Positions 39,321 through 50,447 of a stretch of 64,000 nt of DNA are shown here, piece after piece (the stretch's first letter is position 1; the number at the start of each line of letters is the position of its first letter). The notes under the pieces were generated by a model that worked only from the letters and a program-made list of their open reading frames with translations, was not told the DNA's origin and made no database searches. This DNA comes from Chiloscyllium plagiosum (lineage: Eukaryota), in NCBI RefSeq assembly GCF_004010195.1, contig NC_057711.1, positions 77,260,795 through 77,324,794 of the forward strand. The letters run 5' to 3'. The position numbers and the translations under genes were made by a program.

Positions 39321-39792
39321 CAAAGTTTGGGTGAAGATTTGTAGCTCGGGTGCTCGTTGTTGTGGTTCTGTTCGCCGAGCTGGAAATTTTTGTTGCAAAC
39401 GTTTCGTCCCCTGTCTAGGTGACATCCTCAGTGCTTGCGAGCCTCCTGTGAACTGCTTCTGTGGTGTTTTCTCCGGCATTTATAGTGGCCTGTCCCTGCC
39501 GCTTCCGGTTGTCAGTTTCAGCTGTCCGCTGTAGTGGCCGGTATATTGGGTCCAGGTCGATGTGTTTATTGATGGAGTTTGTGAATGAGTGCCATGCTTC
39601 TAGGAATTCCCTGGCTGTTCTTTGTTTGGCTTGCCCTATAATGGTAGTGTTATCCCAGTCAAATTCATGTTGCTTGTCGTCTGCGTGTGTGGCTACTAAG
39701 GATAACTGGTTGTGTCGTTTCGTGGCTAGTTGATGTTCATGGATGCGGATCGTTAGCTGTCTTCCTGTTTGTCCTATGTAGTGTTTTGTGCA
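39321..39792 (-). mobile_element. Young 5'-truncated Penelope-like element: GIY-YIG endonuclease and terminal repeat with intact hammerhead core; 15-bp TSD
   Basis: Open frame KDCTKHYIGQTGRQLTIRIHEH..FDWDN..REFLEAWHS..IN; TSD gtcctttatatcctt at 39306-39320 and 39793-39807. Confidence 0.93.
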
Positions 39793-40127
39793 GTCCTTTA
39801 TATCCTTGGTTAAAACCAAATGGGCACAGATGACACAAAGTTTAATTAAATGTAATTACCAGAAAAAGCTATGCCTTTTTGGCATGTGCTTTTTATTTGA
39901 ATACATCTCACAGGTGATCTGAGTGCTTTATTTGTTCTGCGTCCTAATCCTGACAGCAGTTGGTCAGCAGAAGGTTCCTAAGATTGAGGTTTCCCACTAG
40001 ATCCATGCACTTGGTCATGGCTTAGTGACTGTTGCTGGATCTCTGTTCTGCAACCTGGATCCCTAGCCATTAGATTCCTCTGGTAATATACTGGAAACAT
40101 GTTTGGAAGTGAAGAAAGGTATCAAGA

Positions 40128-40535
40128 TTTTTTTTAAATTTACTCGTGGGATGTGGGCATTGCTATCTGGCTAGCATTTAATTGTCTGCCCCTAGTTGCC
40201 CTTGAGAAGGTGGTGGTGAGCCACCTTCTTGAACCACTGCAGTCTATGTGCTGTAGGTGTTTGGGATAGAATTACCTGATTTTGACCCAGCGATAATGAA
40301 GGAATGCCAATATATTTCCAAGACAACATGGCGAGTGGTTTGGAGGGGAATTTTTAGGCGGTGGTCATGCTCCCATATATCTGCTGTCCTTGGCCATTTA
40401 GATAGAAATGGTTGTAGGTTTGGAAGATACTGCCTGAGGACCTTTGGTGAATTCCTGCAGTGCATCTTATAGCTGCTAGTGAGCATCAGTGCTGGGTGGA
40501 GAGGATGATTGTGGATATAGTCTAATCAAGCAGGT
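40128..40535 (-). mobile_element. Family B LINE 3' end
   Basis: YKMHCRNSPKVLRQYLPN..SFIIAGSKS; antisense tail gggatgtgggcattgc. Confidence 0.88.
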
Positions 40536-40539
40536 ATTA

Positions 40540-42850
40540 AGTGGGATTTTTGATAACACTAATCCTGAGTATCCAGATGGAGTTTGAGATAATGGTCCTG
40601 AGTGAACCTAATTCCCAGGCCCCAATGTGCCAGGTATACTGTATTCAACCTGAAACTGTAAACCAAAGTTAGGCAATATACCTCTCATTTGGTTTTCACC
40701 AGGCCTGTTCTGCGCTATTGTATCCATTTTTATTTGGAAAGAGCAAAATGTGGAGCAAAGGGAATATTAGGCAGACCTGTAAAAGTATAATCAATGGCCA
40801 GGGCTTGGATCTCTCATTACAAGCCATATCCAACTAAGATTTGGACCCACCACACCAATAGGTTGCACCTAATAGCTACAAGCTCTTGTAACAGGTCTTG
40901 ATGCCTCTTGGTGTTCGTTAATGGATGAACTTCTTTGCCACTGGCTCAATCCAGGCCTCTATAAAGGATATTTCCTTATATATCTGTGTTTACGATGCAC
41001 AGCTACATCAAGCAGATCATTGTTACCATATTTAACAGAATCAGCCAATAAATAGTAAATGCTACCAATCCATTAACGTGCAGCTTATTTCCCACACACC
41101 CCCATCCCTCCTAGGAACATGATGGGATAGCTGCTGGTGATTAATGAATACCCCTTAATTACCCATGCCAACAAAAAAACTGCAGTCGGTTAAATATTCA
41201 GTTCTGTTGGTTTTTGAGTGCAAGGGTTTTGATATGAGACTTACTACACCCTTATAGATTGGGGAGTGAGCCATGCAATTTTCACATTTACATGTTTATA
41301 GTGTTCACAGACCACCCTGGGCTGTGAAGTTTTCTGTAGCATCTGCTCACAGGAGGGCTCCCCACTAGTATTGTTTACCATTCAAAAAGTACTGCCAAAG
41401 TATTCTCCTGAATAAGAGAGGGTATTCCTTGAAGGGAAGGTGCACAGAAATATTGCTAGTATGGTTGGAATTTTCTGCTCTGTTGAGCGACATGGGCAAT
41501 AGCAGGAAAGGAGAAAATATGACTAATGAAAAAAATTAGGTTATCGATATTGAGAGAAATGTTTTTGATTTTTCCCCTTCAGGTTTGAATGGCGAGTTCA
41601 GAATCTTGCTACTGAGCAGTGACTGCTTTATTTCCATCTATTTGCATCTCAATTTTAGGTAAATTAGCCTCATTTCTACACAACTCCCAATTTTCCTCTC
41701 CTACTAGATGTATCAATTTCTGTAAGTTAGAGTAGTTATCTAGGGATAGCAGCCTGCTGCTTGTTTATCCAGGCTTTTGGATCACTCTGTCTTCAGCACA
41801 ACGTGCCTGCACACTCTGTGGACACTAACCCCAACAAACCTTCACCAAATCAGCAGCCTCAACACGTCATCATGACCACTTTTCAGTCAATTCTCACACA
41901 ATGTCAGCATTCAGGATTTGACTTTGGACTTCAAAGACCACTTATGACTGGAATTCTTCTGCTTTGAATGCAGGGACACATAATGCATTTGTGCATCTGC
42001 ACAGGATACATTTTATGGCTGTTGGCTTACTTTCTTAGTACTTACTTTCTGCCCAATTGGCTCCCAGCCTCTTTGACTTGCATTAATTTTTAGCACAAAG
42101 GGCTAGGCAGACAGTTTGTCAGGTACAGGGCACTGAAGATTCAAAAGGACAGAGAAGTTGCTGTACAGTGTCATTCTATGTGTCAGTGTCATACTGACCG
42201 TATGTGCCAGCAGCTTGTGTGGCAAACACATATTGTGTACTTCAAGCAAATGACCATGTTCGAAATTCAAAGGTGACCAATCCTTGTGGGGTCAAAGGGG
42301 AGCTACAGCTACTCAGGGGGTGCTGCCACAATCAGTCAAGTGGTTTGTCCAATTCAGACCAGGAGTTGGCCATGGTCAGTCGAGTGCTTGGTCCTACCAG
42401 AGTCTAGATAATTGTGTGCTTGCATCCCATGGATTGAGGAACAGTCCTGCAAGTCCAAATGCGACCAGTCTGAAAATTATTAATGGTAGCTCAGTCAAGG
42501 TGCTGTGGAGCTATCAGTCTGGATCGCCATAGTATGCATTTTGAGCTATTCTGCCAAATCAGCGGTAGCCATGGTTAGTCCCAGGGCTTTGAGCACTAAT
42601 AGTCAGGGAGCTTATCAGCAGCTAATCCATAGAGTCCTGGGTAAAGTGGGAAGTTCAAGTCCAGGACCTGAGTCACTCAGGGGATGATTACATTGACAGC
42701 AGGTCAATTCGAGATAGAAATATGAGATCTCACAGGGACATAGAAAATTGGGATCTGCGGGAAGGTGGATTTTCATAAATAACCATCACTCTGGCCTCTA
42801 CTTGAGTAAAGTGTATTACCAAGAAAGGAGAAGCAATTTGCAAAGCCATT
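40540..42850 (-). pseudogene. Heavily decayed LTR-retroelement pol (RT start, RNase H-like, second RNase H-like, integrase start)
   Basis: Minus-strand remnants in order: PPSRRSQFSMS (~42760), PFVLKINASQRGW (~42100), YLTDCSF (~41190), YGNNDLLDVA (~41020), GPLSQTPSGY (~40590). Confidence 0.4.
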
Positions 42851-42928
42851 GGTTCAACCTGGAGGATTAACAGTTATATATCAGGTCTGAATGGAAATAG
42901 GAGATCTGAAATGTCATCAGGAAAGGAA

Positions 42929-43490
42929 GGGGTGACACAGTAGATTAGTGGTTAGCATAGCTGCCTCACAAAGCGAGGAGACCCAAGTTCAATTCTAGCC
43001 TTGGGTGACACTCTATGAAGTTTGCATGTTGCACCTGTTACTGCATGGATTTCTATTGGGTGCTCCAGTTTCTTGTCTCAGTCTAAGGATGTGCAGATTA
43101 GGTGGATTGGTTATGGTAAGTTGTCTGTAGTATCCTGAGATGTGCAGGCTAGGTGGGTTAGCCATGGTAAATGCAGGGTTACGAAGTAAGGTGGGGGACT
43201 GGGTCTGGGTGGGATGCTGTTTAAAGGGTCAGTATAGACTAGATGGGCCATATGGCCTTTTTCTGCACTGTAGACATTCTATGACACAGGAAAGATTAGG
43301 TGGATTGGTTATGGTAAGTTGTCTGTAGTATCCAGAGATGTGCAGGCTAGGTGGGTTAGCCATGGTAAATGCAGGGTTATGAAGTAAGGTGGGGGACTGG
43401 GTCTGGGTGGGATGCTGTTTAAAGGGTCAGTATAGACTCGATGGGCCAAATGGCCTTTTTCTGCACTGCAGACATTCTATGACACAGGAA
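42929..43490 (+). mobile_element. Old V-SINE whose 3' 198 bp are tandemly duplicated
   Basis: Head gtggttagcatagctgcctcaca..caagttcaattc; units 43095-43292 and 43293-43490 differ at 5 positions by my count. Confidence 0.88.
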
Positions 43491-44289
43491 CAGCAACACA
43501 AAGGGAACACAGTGCATGCCAGATCATCCTGCCTTGCAGACAGGTTCTTCAAATCACTAACAAGTGCACGATGTTGAAACCTTGACAACTTTAATCCAAA
43601 GTCACCTGCACAATAACAAGACAAAATGGCTGCTTCACAATGCAGATTAAGTGAAGTAAGAACCTGCTCTTCTCTTTGGGACCAAGAAGAATCTTTGAAT
43701 TTGAGTACCTGCTTGATACAATTCCATGAATCATACACTCACTGATTCAGTAATGCCATCTATCTAGCATCAAATTACTATTCTTTGGCAAGAATGAACA
43801 GGAAAAATTATGGCATCAAGCAATCATGACCGGTACATATTTTGCAGTAACTGCCTTCTTGTCATGTCAGGTAAGCAAATCAAAACAAGTGCTAACTGAA
43901 AAGTCAGAAGGTAAAAGTCTTTACTGGGTTTCCCATTTCTGAATAATATGTTCATACCTGACCTTAGTAAACAATGCTGGGAGGTGCCACATTTACACAC
44001 TGAACTGTAAGTATGCAAGAAATGAAACAAGATGCACGGTTTTATTTGGTGTTGGGGGGGCTGTCACAATGGATTAATGCCAGAATTTCACTCAGCTAAT
44101 GCAGCATTAGCACTTTTGTATTTCAACATGCATTTTGTTTTATTACATACCTCAAAGCTCATTATGAAGGCATGACATTCAACTCCATACATAGCCTTCA
44201 GGGCACATTGTATCAAGGCCTTACATTATATTTCATTGTTATTGACGTGAGGGTTCAGGACTACTGAGGAGGAATTGTTCAGAAATGAA

Positions 44290-44625
44290 TAAGACCATGA
44301 GAGACATGGATAGGGTGAATGTGCCATCTTTTTCCCCCAAGTTTGGGGAATCGAGGACTAGAGGGCATCAGTTTAAGGTTAGCGGGAAAAGAATAAAAGG
44401 GAACCTGAGGGTGGTATGCATATAGAATCAGCTGCCAACAGAAGTGGTTGGGGCAGGTACATTAACAACATTTAAAAGGCATTTGAACAAATACATGGAT
44501 AGTAAAGAATTAGAAGGATACGAGCCAAGTGCAGGAAATGGGGTTAGCGTGGACAGATATTTGGTCGGCATGGATGAGTTTGGGTCAAAGGGCATATCTC
44601 CATGCTGTAGGACTCAATGACTCTG
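44290..44625 (+). mobile_element. CR1 3' end
   Basis: gaggactagagggcatcagtttaagg..gctgtaggactcaatgactct. Confidence 0.85.
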
Positions 44626-44935
44626 TATTCAGAATACATTAGTACAGAATAATTAACATCCTGCCCTTTCTCTTTTACTAGTACTGTTACAAGGGTTTAA
44701 AATGAGATAGTTAGGGGGATGTGAACTTGAGAGGGATTTCAGATTGAAGGAAATCAAAACTCTGATAGGAAGTAGAACAAAAGCGACTAGGATTAGAAAA
44801 TAGATGAAGTGAAGGATCAGAATGTGAAATTTTCTTTAAAAGATTGAGGAGTACTCTATTTGAGTGAACACAGCCTTTACCACAAGGTAAATGACTTGAA
44901 AGCCCCAAAAGAGATAAATGGGTAGGATTTGATTT

Positions 44936-45270
44936 TTTTTTATTTTAACCATACAAAATACAACAGTTGACAATAAACAAAAAGCAACAGTTCACAAAAA
45001 AAACCACTATTTACAGGAGAGCAAGGCCAAACCCCAGACCCCACCATTCAATCAGTTAACAGTGAAATGAGGGTGAACCCCCCCACCCCACCAGTAACGC
45101 AGCAGCAAGCCATCTGTCCCTCCCACTTTCTGGTCACGAGGCAGCCCATCCCTATGCCACTTCTGGCTCTCAGTCCACCCTGACACACCTGCCGGTCACC
45201 TTAAGGGCAGCCCATCCCATTTTCTCCACTCTCCTTGGGATGACAGCATTCAGAATGGCCAACCAAGCTG
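44936..45270 (-). mobile_element. 335-bp polyadenylated retro-insertion with 11-bp TSD (L1/Tx1-like 3' end or retrocopied 3' UTR)
   Basis: T-tract at the left end; TSD ggatttgattt at 44925-44935 and 45271-45281. Confidence 0.75.
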
Positions 45271-46468
45271 GGATTTGATTTGATTCAAGAATAGTCACCA
45301 TTTAGGAAGAAAGGGCAAAAGGGAAAAGGAGATGGGGTAGCACTTTAAATCAGTTAGTGACAGAGGATATTCACTCGAAAGTTTGGGTGAAGATAAGAAT
45401 CAAAAGGAGCAGCAAAAAATGATCACGACTTGAATATAGGCCACCAAACAGTAGTGATGATGTTAGGCACAGTATAAATCAAGAAATTATAGGTGCTCAT
45501 AACAGAGATAATATTGTAAGAGGAGGTAACTTCAGTTTACAGATAGACTTGGTAAACTAACATGCACGAATGCTGTGAAGGAAGGAATCCTGAAGTGTGT
45601 ACAAGATAGGTTTTTTAATCAGTATATTAAATAATCAAATAGGGATCGGGGATTTAATATTTATTATTATATAATTTTTAAAAATTCATTTGTGGGGTGT
45701 GGGCATCACTACCTGGCCAGCATTTATTGCCCGTCCCTTGTTGCTCTTCAGGAGGTGGTGGTGAGCTGCCTTCTTGAACTGCTGTGGGTCCACCTGCTGT
45801 GGGTATTCCTGCAATGCCATTAGGGAGGAAATGCTATGATTGTGACCCAGCGACAGTGAAGGAACGGTAATATATTTCAAGTCAGGATGGTGAGTGACTT
45901 GGAGGGGAACTTAAAGGTGGTGGTGTTCCCATATATCTGCTGCCTTTGTCCTTCTAGATGGAAGTGGTTATGGGTTTGGAAGGTGCCGTCTGAGGATCTT
46001 TGGTGAATATCTTCAGTGCATCTTGTAGATAATACACACTGCTCCTACTGAGTGTCGGTAGTGGAGGGAGTTGATGCTTGTGGTTATAGTGCCGATCAAG
46101 AGTGCTGCTTTGTCCTGGATGGTGCCAAGCCTTTTGAGTGTTGTGGGGCTGCACTCATCCAGGCAAGTGGGGAGTATTCCATCACACTCCTGACTTGTGC
46201 CTTGTTGATAGTAGATAGCCTTTGAGTCAAGAGGTGAGTTACTAGCTCCACTATTCCTAGCTTCTGATCTGCTCTTGTAGCCACTGTATTTATATGGTGA
46301 GTCCAGTTGAGTTTCTGGTGAATGATAACCCCCAGGATGTTGATAGTGGAATATCCAGTGATGGTAAAACCTTTGAATGCCAATGAGTAGTGGTTAGATT
46401 TCTCTTATTTGTGATGGTCATAGCCTGGTATTTGTGAGACGCGAATGTTACTTGCCACTTATCAGCCC

Positions 46469-47066
46469 TGTTATGAACTAGGCCAGACCCCTCAAAACTT
46501 CTTTAAGCAGGTAGCCCAGACCGTAGTTTTGCTATTTGTTTAGGCTAGGTGTGTAGTGAATTTTCCCAATGTAAATTAGCTGGGTCAACTGCCAAGTTTA
46601 AACAAACAAAATGTATTTACAAAATTACCAAATGAAACACAAAGAACAGAAAATAGATTACCCAATAACGTATCCTGTCCAAACCCAACTTAATGATGCT
46701 GTTCTGAAAACACATACATCCCTTAGCACAAACAATAAAAAATGGCACAGACAACTCAGTTTGAAATTGCCAGGACAGAAGGAAAGAAGAGTACCCAGCC
46801 TTTCTTTACACACACAACTGCAGAAATGAACTAAAAAAACCTCAGCTGTCAGGACTAGCCACTCTGTTTTCATTACACAAATTATTTCTAAAACACCAGA
46901 GCCATTGGCCTGAGGCATCATCTGTGTTTGGGTAAACAAAAAAGGCCCCAATAAACCATTCAGTTCTGCACCAACTCAGCCATTTCAGAGCCTGGACTGT
47001 TTTATGACCCCTCTGAAAAAAGTCAAGGACACAGTAACTTTGTAAAAAAGGACCAGATTTATGACA
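46469..47066 (-). mobile_element. Solo LTR, 598 bp, TG..CA termini, 4-bp TSD (Gypsy-like)
   Basis: gccc|TGTTATGA...TTATGACA|gtcc; the host LINE reads through (tcagccc-aagcctgg) once the LTR is removed. Confidence 0.88.
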
Positions 47067-48860
47067 GTCCAAGCCTGGATACTGTCCAGATCTTGTTGCA
47101 TTTGAACATGGACTGCTTCATTACCTAAGGAGTCGCGAATGGTGCTGAACATTGTGCAATCATCGACAAACATCCCCACTTCTGACCTGATGATGGAAGT
47201 AAGGTACTAGATGAAGCACCTGAAGATGGTTGGGCTAAGGACACTATCCTTAGGAACTCCTACAGAGATGGCCTGGAGCTGAGATGACTGAAATCCAACA
47301 ACCACAACCATCTTCCTATGTATCAGGTATCACTTTAACCACCAGAGAGATTTCCCCCCGATATCCATTGACTCCAGTTTTGCCAGGGTTCCTTGATGCC
47401 ATATTAGGTCAAATGCAGCATTGATGTCAAGGGCTTTCACTCTCACTTCACTTCTGGAATTCAGTTCTTTTGTACATGTTTGGAATAAGGCTGTATTGAG
47501 GTCCAGACTTAGTGGCTCTGTCAAAACCCAATCACAGCATCACTAAGCAGGTTATTGCTGAGCAGGTGTTGCTTGATAATGTTAGTGATATCTTCCATCA
47601 TTTTACTGATGATCAAGATTAGAGTGATGGGGCAGTAATTGGCCGGGTTGGATTTGTCTGCTTTTTATGTACAGGAAACACTTGGGCAATTTTCCACATT
47701 GTCAGATAAATGCCTGTGTTATAACTGTACTGAAACAACTTGGCTAGAGGAGTGGCAAGCTCTGGAGTACAAGTCTTCAGTACTATTGTCAGAATGTTGT
47801 CAGGGCCCATTGCCTTTGCAGTATCCAATGTCTTTCTTGGTATCACGTGAAACAAATCAAATTGGCTGAAGACTGGTATCTGTAATGCTGGGGACCACTG
47901 GTGGAGGCCAAGATGGATCATCCACTCAGCACGTCTGGCTAAAAATTGCTGTGAAAGCTCAAGCCTTATCTTTTGCACTAATATGCTGGGCTCTTTCATC
48001 AGTGAGGATGGGGATATTTGTGGACCCTCCTGTCTCTGTGAGTTACTTAATCATCCACCACTTCACAACTGGATGTGGCAGATCTGCAGAGCTTTGATCT
48101 GATCTGTTAATTGTGCGATTGCTTAGCTCTGCCTATCACTTGCTGCTTATGCTGTTTGGCATGCAAGTAGTCCTGTTGAGTGACTTTACCAGGTTGACAC
48201 CTCATCTTCAAGTATGCCTGATGCTGCTCCTAGCACGCCCTCCTGCACTCTCCATTGAAGCAGGGTTGTTACCCTGGCTGAAGGTAATGGTTTTGTGGGG
48301 GAATATGTTGGGCTATGAGGTTGCAGATTGTGCTGGTGTACAGTTCTGCTGCTGTTGGTAGCCCAAAGTGCCTCATGGATGCCCAGTCTTGACTTGCTAG
48401 ATCTGTTCAAAGTCTGTCCCATTTAACATGGTGATATTCCCACGCAACATGATGGACATTATTCTCAATGTGAAAGCGGGACTTGGTCTCCACAAGGACT
48501 GTGTGGTGCTCTTACCGGTACAGATGCATCTGCAGCTAGCAGTTTGGTAAGGATGACGTCAAGTTTTCCCTCTTTTTGATTCCCTCACCACCCACCGCAG
48601 ACCGAGTTTAGCAGTTATGAACACGACCAATTGGATCAGTAATACTGCTGCCAAGCCACTCTTGGCGGTAGACATGGAAATCCCCACCCAGATTACATTT
48701 GTGCCCTTGCCATCCTCAGTGCTTCCTTTACGTGTTGTTCAATATGGAGAAGTACCACTTCATCAGCCGAGGGAGGAGAGTATGTGGTAATCAGCAGGAG
48801 ATATCCTTGCCCTTTTTTAACCTGAACCCACGAGACCTCATGGGGTCTGTAGTCAAAGTT

Positions 48861-50447
48861 AGAACATAGAACATAGAAAAATACAGCACAAAACAGGCCC
48901 TTCGGCCTACAATGTTGTGCTGAGGTTTAATCCTAAAGTAAAATATAATAACTTAACCTACGTGCCCTTAACTCACTGCTTTCCATGTGCCTGTTCAGCA
49001 GTCACTTAAATGTCCCTAATGACTGCTTCTACCACCACCGCTGGAAACGCATTCCATGCATTCACAACTCTCTGCATAAAGAACATACCTTTGACGTCTC
49101 CTCTATACCTTTCCCCTAATGTCTTAAAACTATGACCCCTCGTACCCGTCAATCCTGCCCTGGGAAAAGTCTCTGGCTATTGACTGTATCTATTCCTCTC
49201 ATTATCTTGTATACCTCAATCAGGTCTCCTCTCTTCCTCCTTCTCTCCAGAGAGAAAGGTCCGAGCTTTTTCAACCTTTCTTCATAAAGCAAGCCATCCA
49301 GAGCAGGCAACATCCTGGTAAACCTTCTTTGCACCCTCTACAAAGCCTCTGTATCTTTCCTAGAGTAGGGCGACTAGAACTGGACACAATATTCCAAGTG
49401 TGGTCTCACCAGGGACTTGTAGAGCTGTAACAAAACCTCGCGGCTCTTAAACTCGATACCTCTGTTAATGAAAGCCAAAACACCATATGCTTTCTTAACA
49501 ACCCTATCCACTTGGCAACTTTGAGGAATCTATGTACTTGCACACCCAGATCCCTCTGTTCCTCCACACTGCCAAGAATCCTGTCTTTAATCCTTTATTC
49601 AGCATTCGAGTTCGACCTCCCGAAATGCATCACTTCACATTTATCCAGGTTGAACTCTATCTGCCATTTCTCAGCCCAGCTCTGCATCCTGTCTATCTCG
49701 CGCTGCAGCCTGCAATAGCCTTTGATACTATCGACAACACCTCCAATCTTTGTGTCATCTGCAAATTTACTAACCCACCCCTCAACCTCCTCATCCAAGT
49801 CATTTATAAAAACTACGAAGAGCAGAGGCCCAAGAACAGAGCCCAGCGGGACCCCACTCAACACTGACCTTCAGGCAAAATACTTTCCATCTACAATCAC
49901 TCTCTGCCTTCTGTCAGCCAACCAATTCTGAATCCAGATCACCAAATCTTCTTGTATCCCATTCTTCCTGACTTTATGAATGAGCCTACCATTGGGAACC
50001 TTATCAAATGCCTTGCTGAAGTCCATATAGACCACATCCACTACTTGACCTTCATTGACCTGTCTTGTCACCTCCTCGAAGTACTCAATAAGATTTGTGA
50101 GGCATGACCTGCCCCTCTCAAAGCCATGCTGACTGCCTTTAATCATGCTATGCTTTGCCAAATAGTCATAGATCCTATTCCTCAGAATTCTTTCCAAAAC
50201 TTTGCTGACCACAGACTTAAGACTGACTGGTCTGTAATTGCCAGGGATTTCCCTATTACCCTTCTTGAAAAGAGGAACAACATTTGCCTCCTTCCAATCC
50301 TCCAGTACGACTCCCATGGAGAGTGAGGAGGCAAAGATCTTTGCCAGCGGCTTAGCAACCTCCTTTCTCGCTTCCCAGAGCAGTCTAGGATAAATCTGGT
50401 CTGGTCCTGGGGATTTATCAATCGTAATATTTTCAAAAATTTCCAAT
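48861..50447 (-). mobile_element. 5'-truncated CR1 (RT and 3' end) nested in family B LINE
   Basis: KSPGPDQIYP, PGNYRPVSL, DFSKAFDKVP, FADDTKI; tail repeat agaacat twice. Confidence 0.95.

Noticed and set aside
44095..44111. Perfect short palindrome gctaatgc-a-gcattagc
   Set aside because: An 8-bp arm is expected by chance in 64 kb, and there is no supporting context.
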